DNA of 32,000 nucleotides, taken from Desulfobulbus propionicus DSM 2032 (lineage in GTDB: Bacteria; Desulfobacterota; Desulfobulbia; Desulfobulbales; Desulfobulbaceae). Numbering within the stretch: the stretch's first letter is position 1; every line of letters starts with the position of its first letter. Shown in pieces: positions 31,780-32,000 of the stretch. A model generated the notes under the pieces. It was not told the origin of the DNA. It made no database searches and worked only from the letters and a program-made list of their open reading frames with translations. Location: contig NC_014972.1 of assembly GCF_000186885.1 (NCBI RefSeq), positions 2,310,001 to 2,342,000 on the forward strand, given 5' to 3'. The translations under genes and the position numbers were made by a program.

Positions 31780-32000
31780 TTATTGCTGTTCAATGTTGAG
31801 CTCAACGCCGTGAGCATTGGTGGTTGTGCTGTGTGCGACAACAGGAGCGTTCTGGGAAAATTGCAATGCAGCAGAAGGTGTGATCTTACTTATAAACGGC
31901 TGCGGATAAATTCCCATGATGATGATGAGTAAAATCACGGGGAGAAAGGTCAATCCTTCAACCAAGGTCAAATCTTTAAAATTCTCAGATGTTGCGGTGG
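31780..32000 (-). CDS. nuoM: NADH-quinone oxidoreductase subunit M, C-terminal fragment (truncated by window edge)
   Basis: In-frame minus-strand ORF open to the edge (...TATSENFKDLTLVEGLTFLPVILLIIIMGIYPQPFI...), directly upstream of nuoN, typical of the NuoM C-terminus. Confidence 0.8.
   Translation of the reverse strand, partial: TATSENFKDLTLVEGLTFLPVILLIIIMGIYPQPFISKITPSAALQFSQNAPVVAHSTTTNAHGVELNIEQQ

Overview
Gene-dense 32 kb chromosomal window, probably from a Desulfobulbales/deltaproteobacterial-type genome (inferred from gene content and order; not proven). From left to right: (1) a minus-strand signalling trio (membrane protein, PAS histidine kinase, receiver protein) cut by the left edge; (2) ppk1 and a PpnN/LOG-type nucleosidase, both minus; (3) a YhdH/AcuI-type oxidoreductase divergent from an MFS transporter; (4) tRNA-Leu(UAG) with a recognisable promoter; (5) the classic plus-strand cluster tig-clpP-clpX-lon; (6) a compact eight-gene minus-strand unit with mostly overlapping or nearly abutting ORFs: small hypothetical, HPr-like, PTS enzyme I, thiL, divergent PEP-synthase-like protein, dual-specificity phosphatase/Cys-cluster fusion, sigma-54 response regulator, YkgJ-like Cys-cluster protein; (7) a hybrid sensor kinase overlapping a membrane-anchored hypothetical gene; (8) an apparently intact IS3-family element with partly matched inverted repeats and an in-frame A_AAA_AAA slippery site; (9) nuoN and the 3' end of nuoM with a strong terminator. 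No CRISPR array, phage or obvious defence island was seen. The most interesting candidate is the HPr/EI + PEP-synthase-like + phosphatase + sigma-54 regulator operon. Its components are recognisable, but its architecture suggests an uncharacterised phosphotransfer or redox signalling module. That function is inference.
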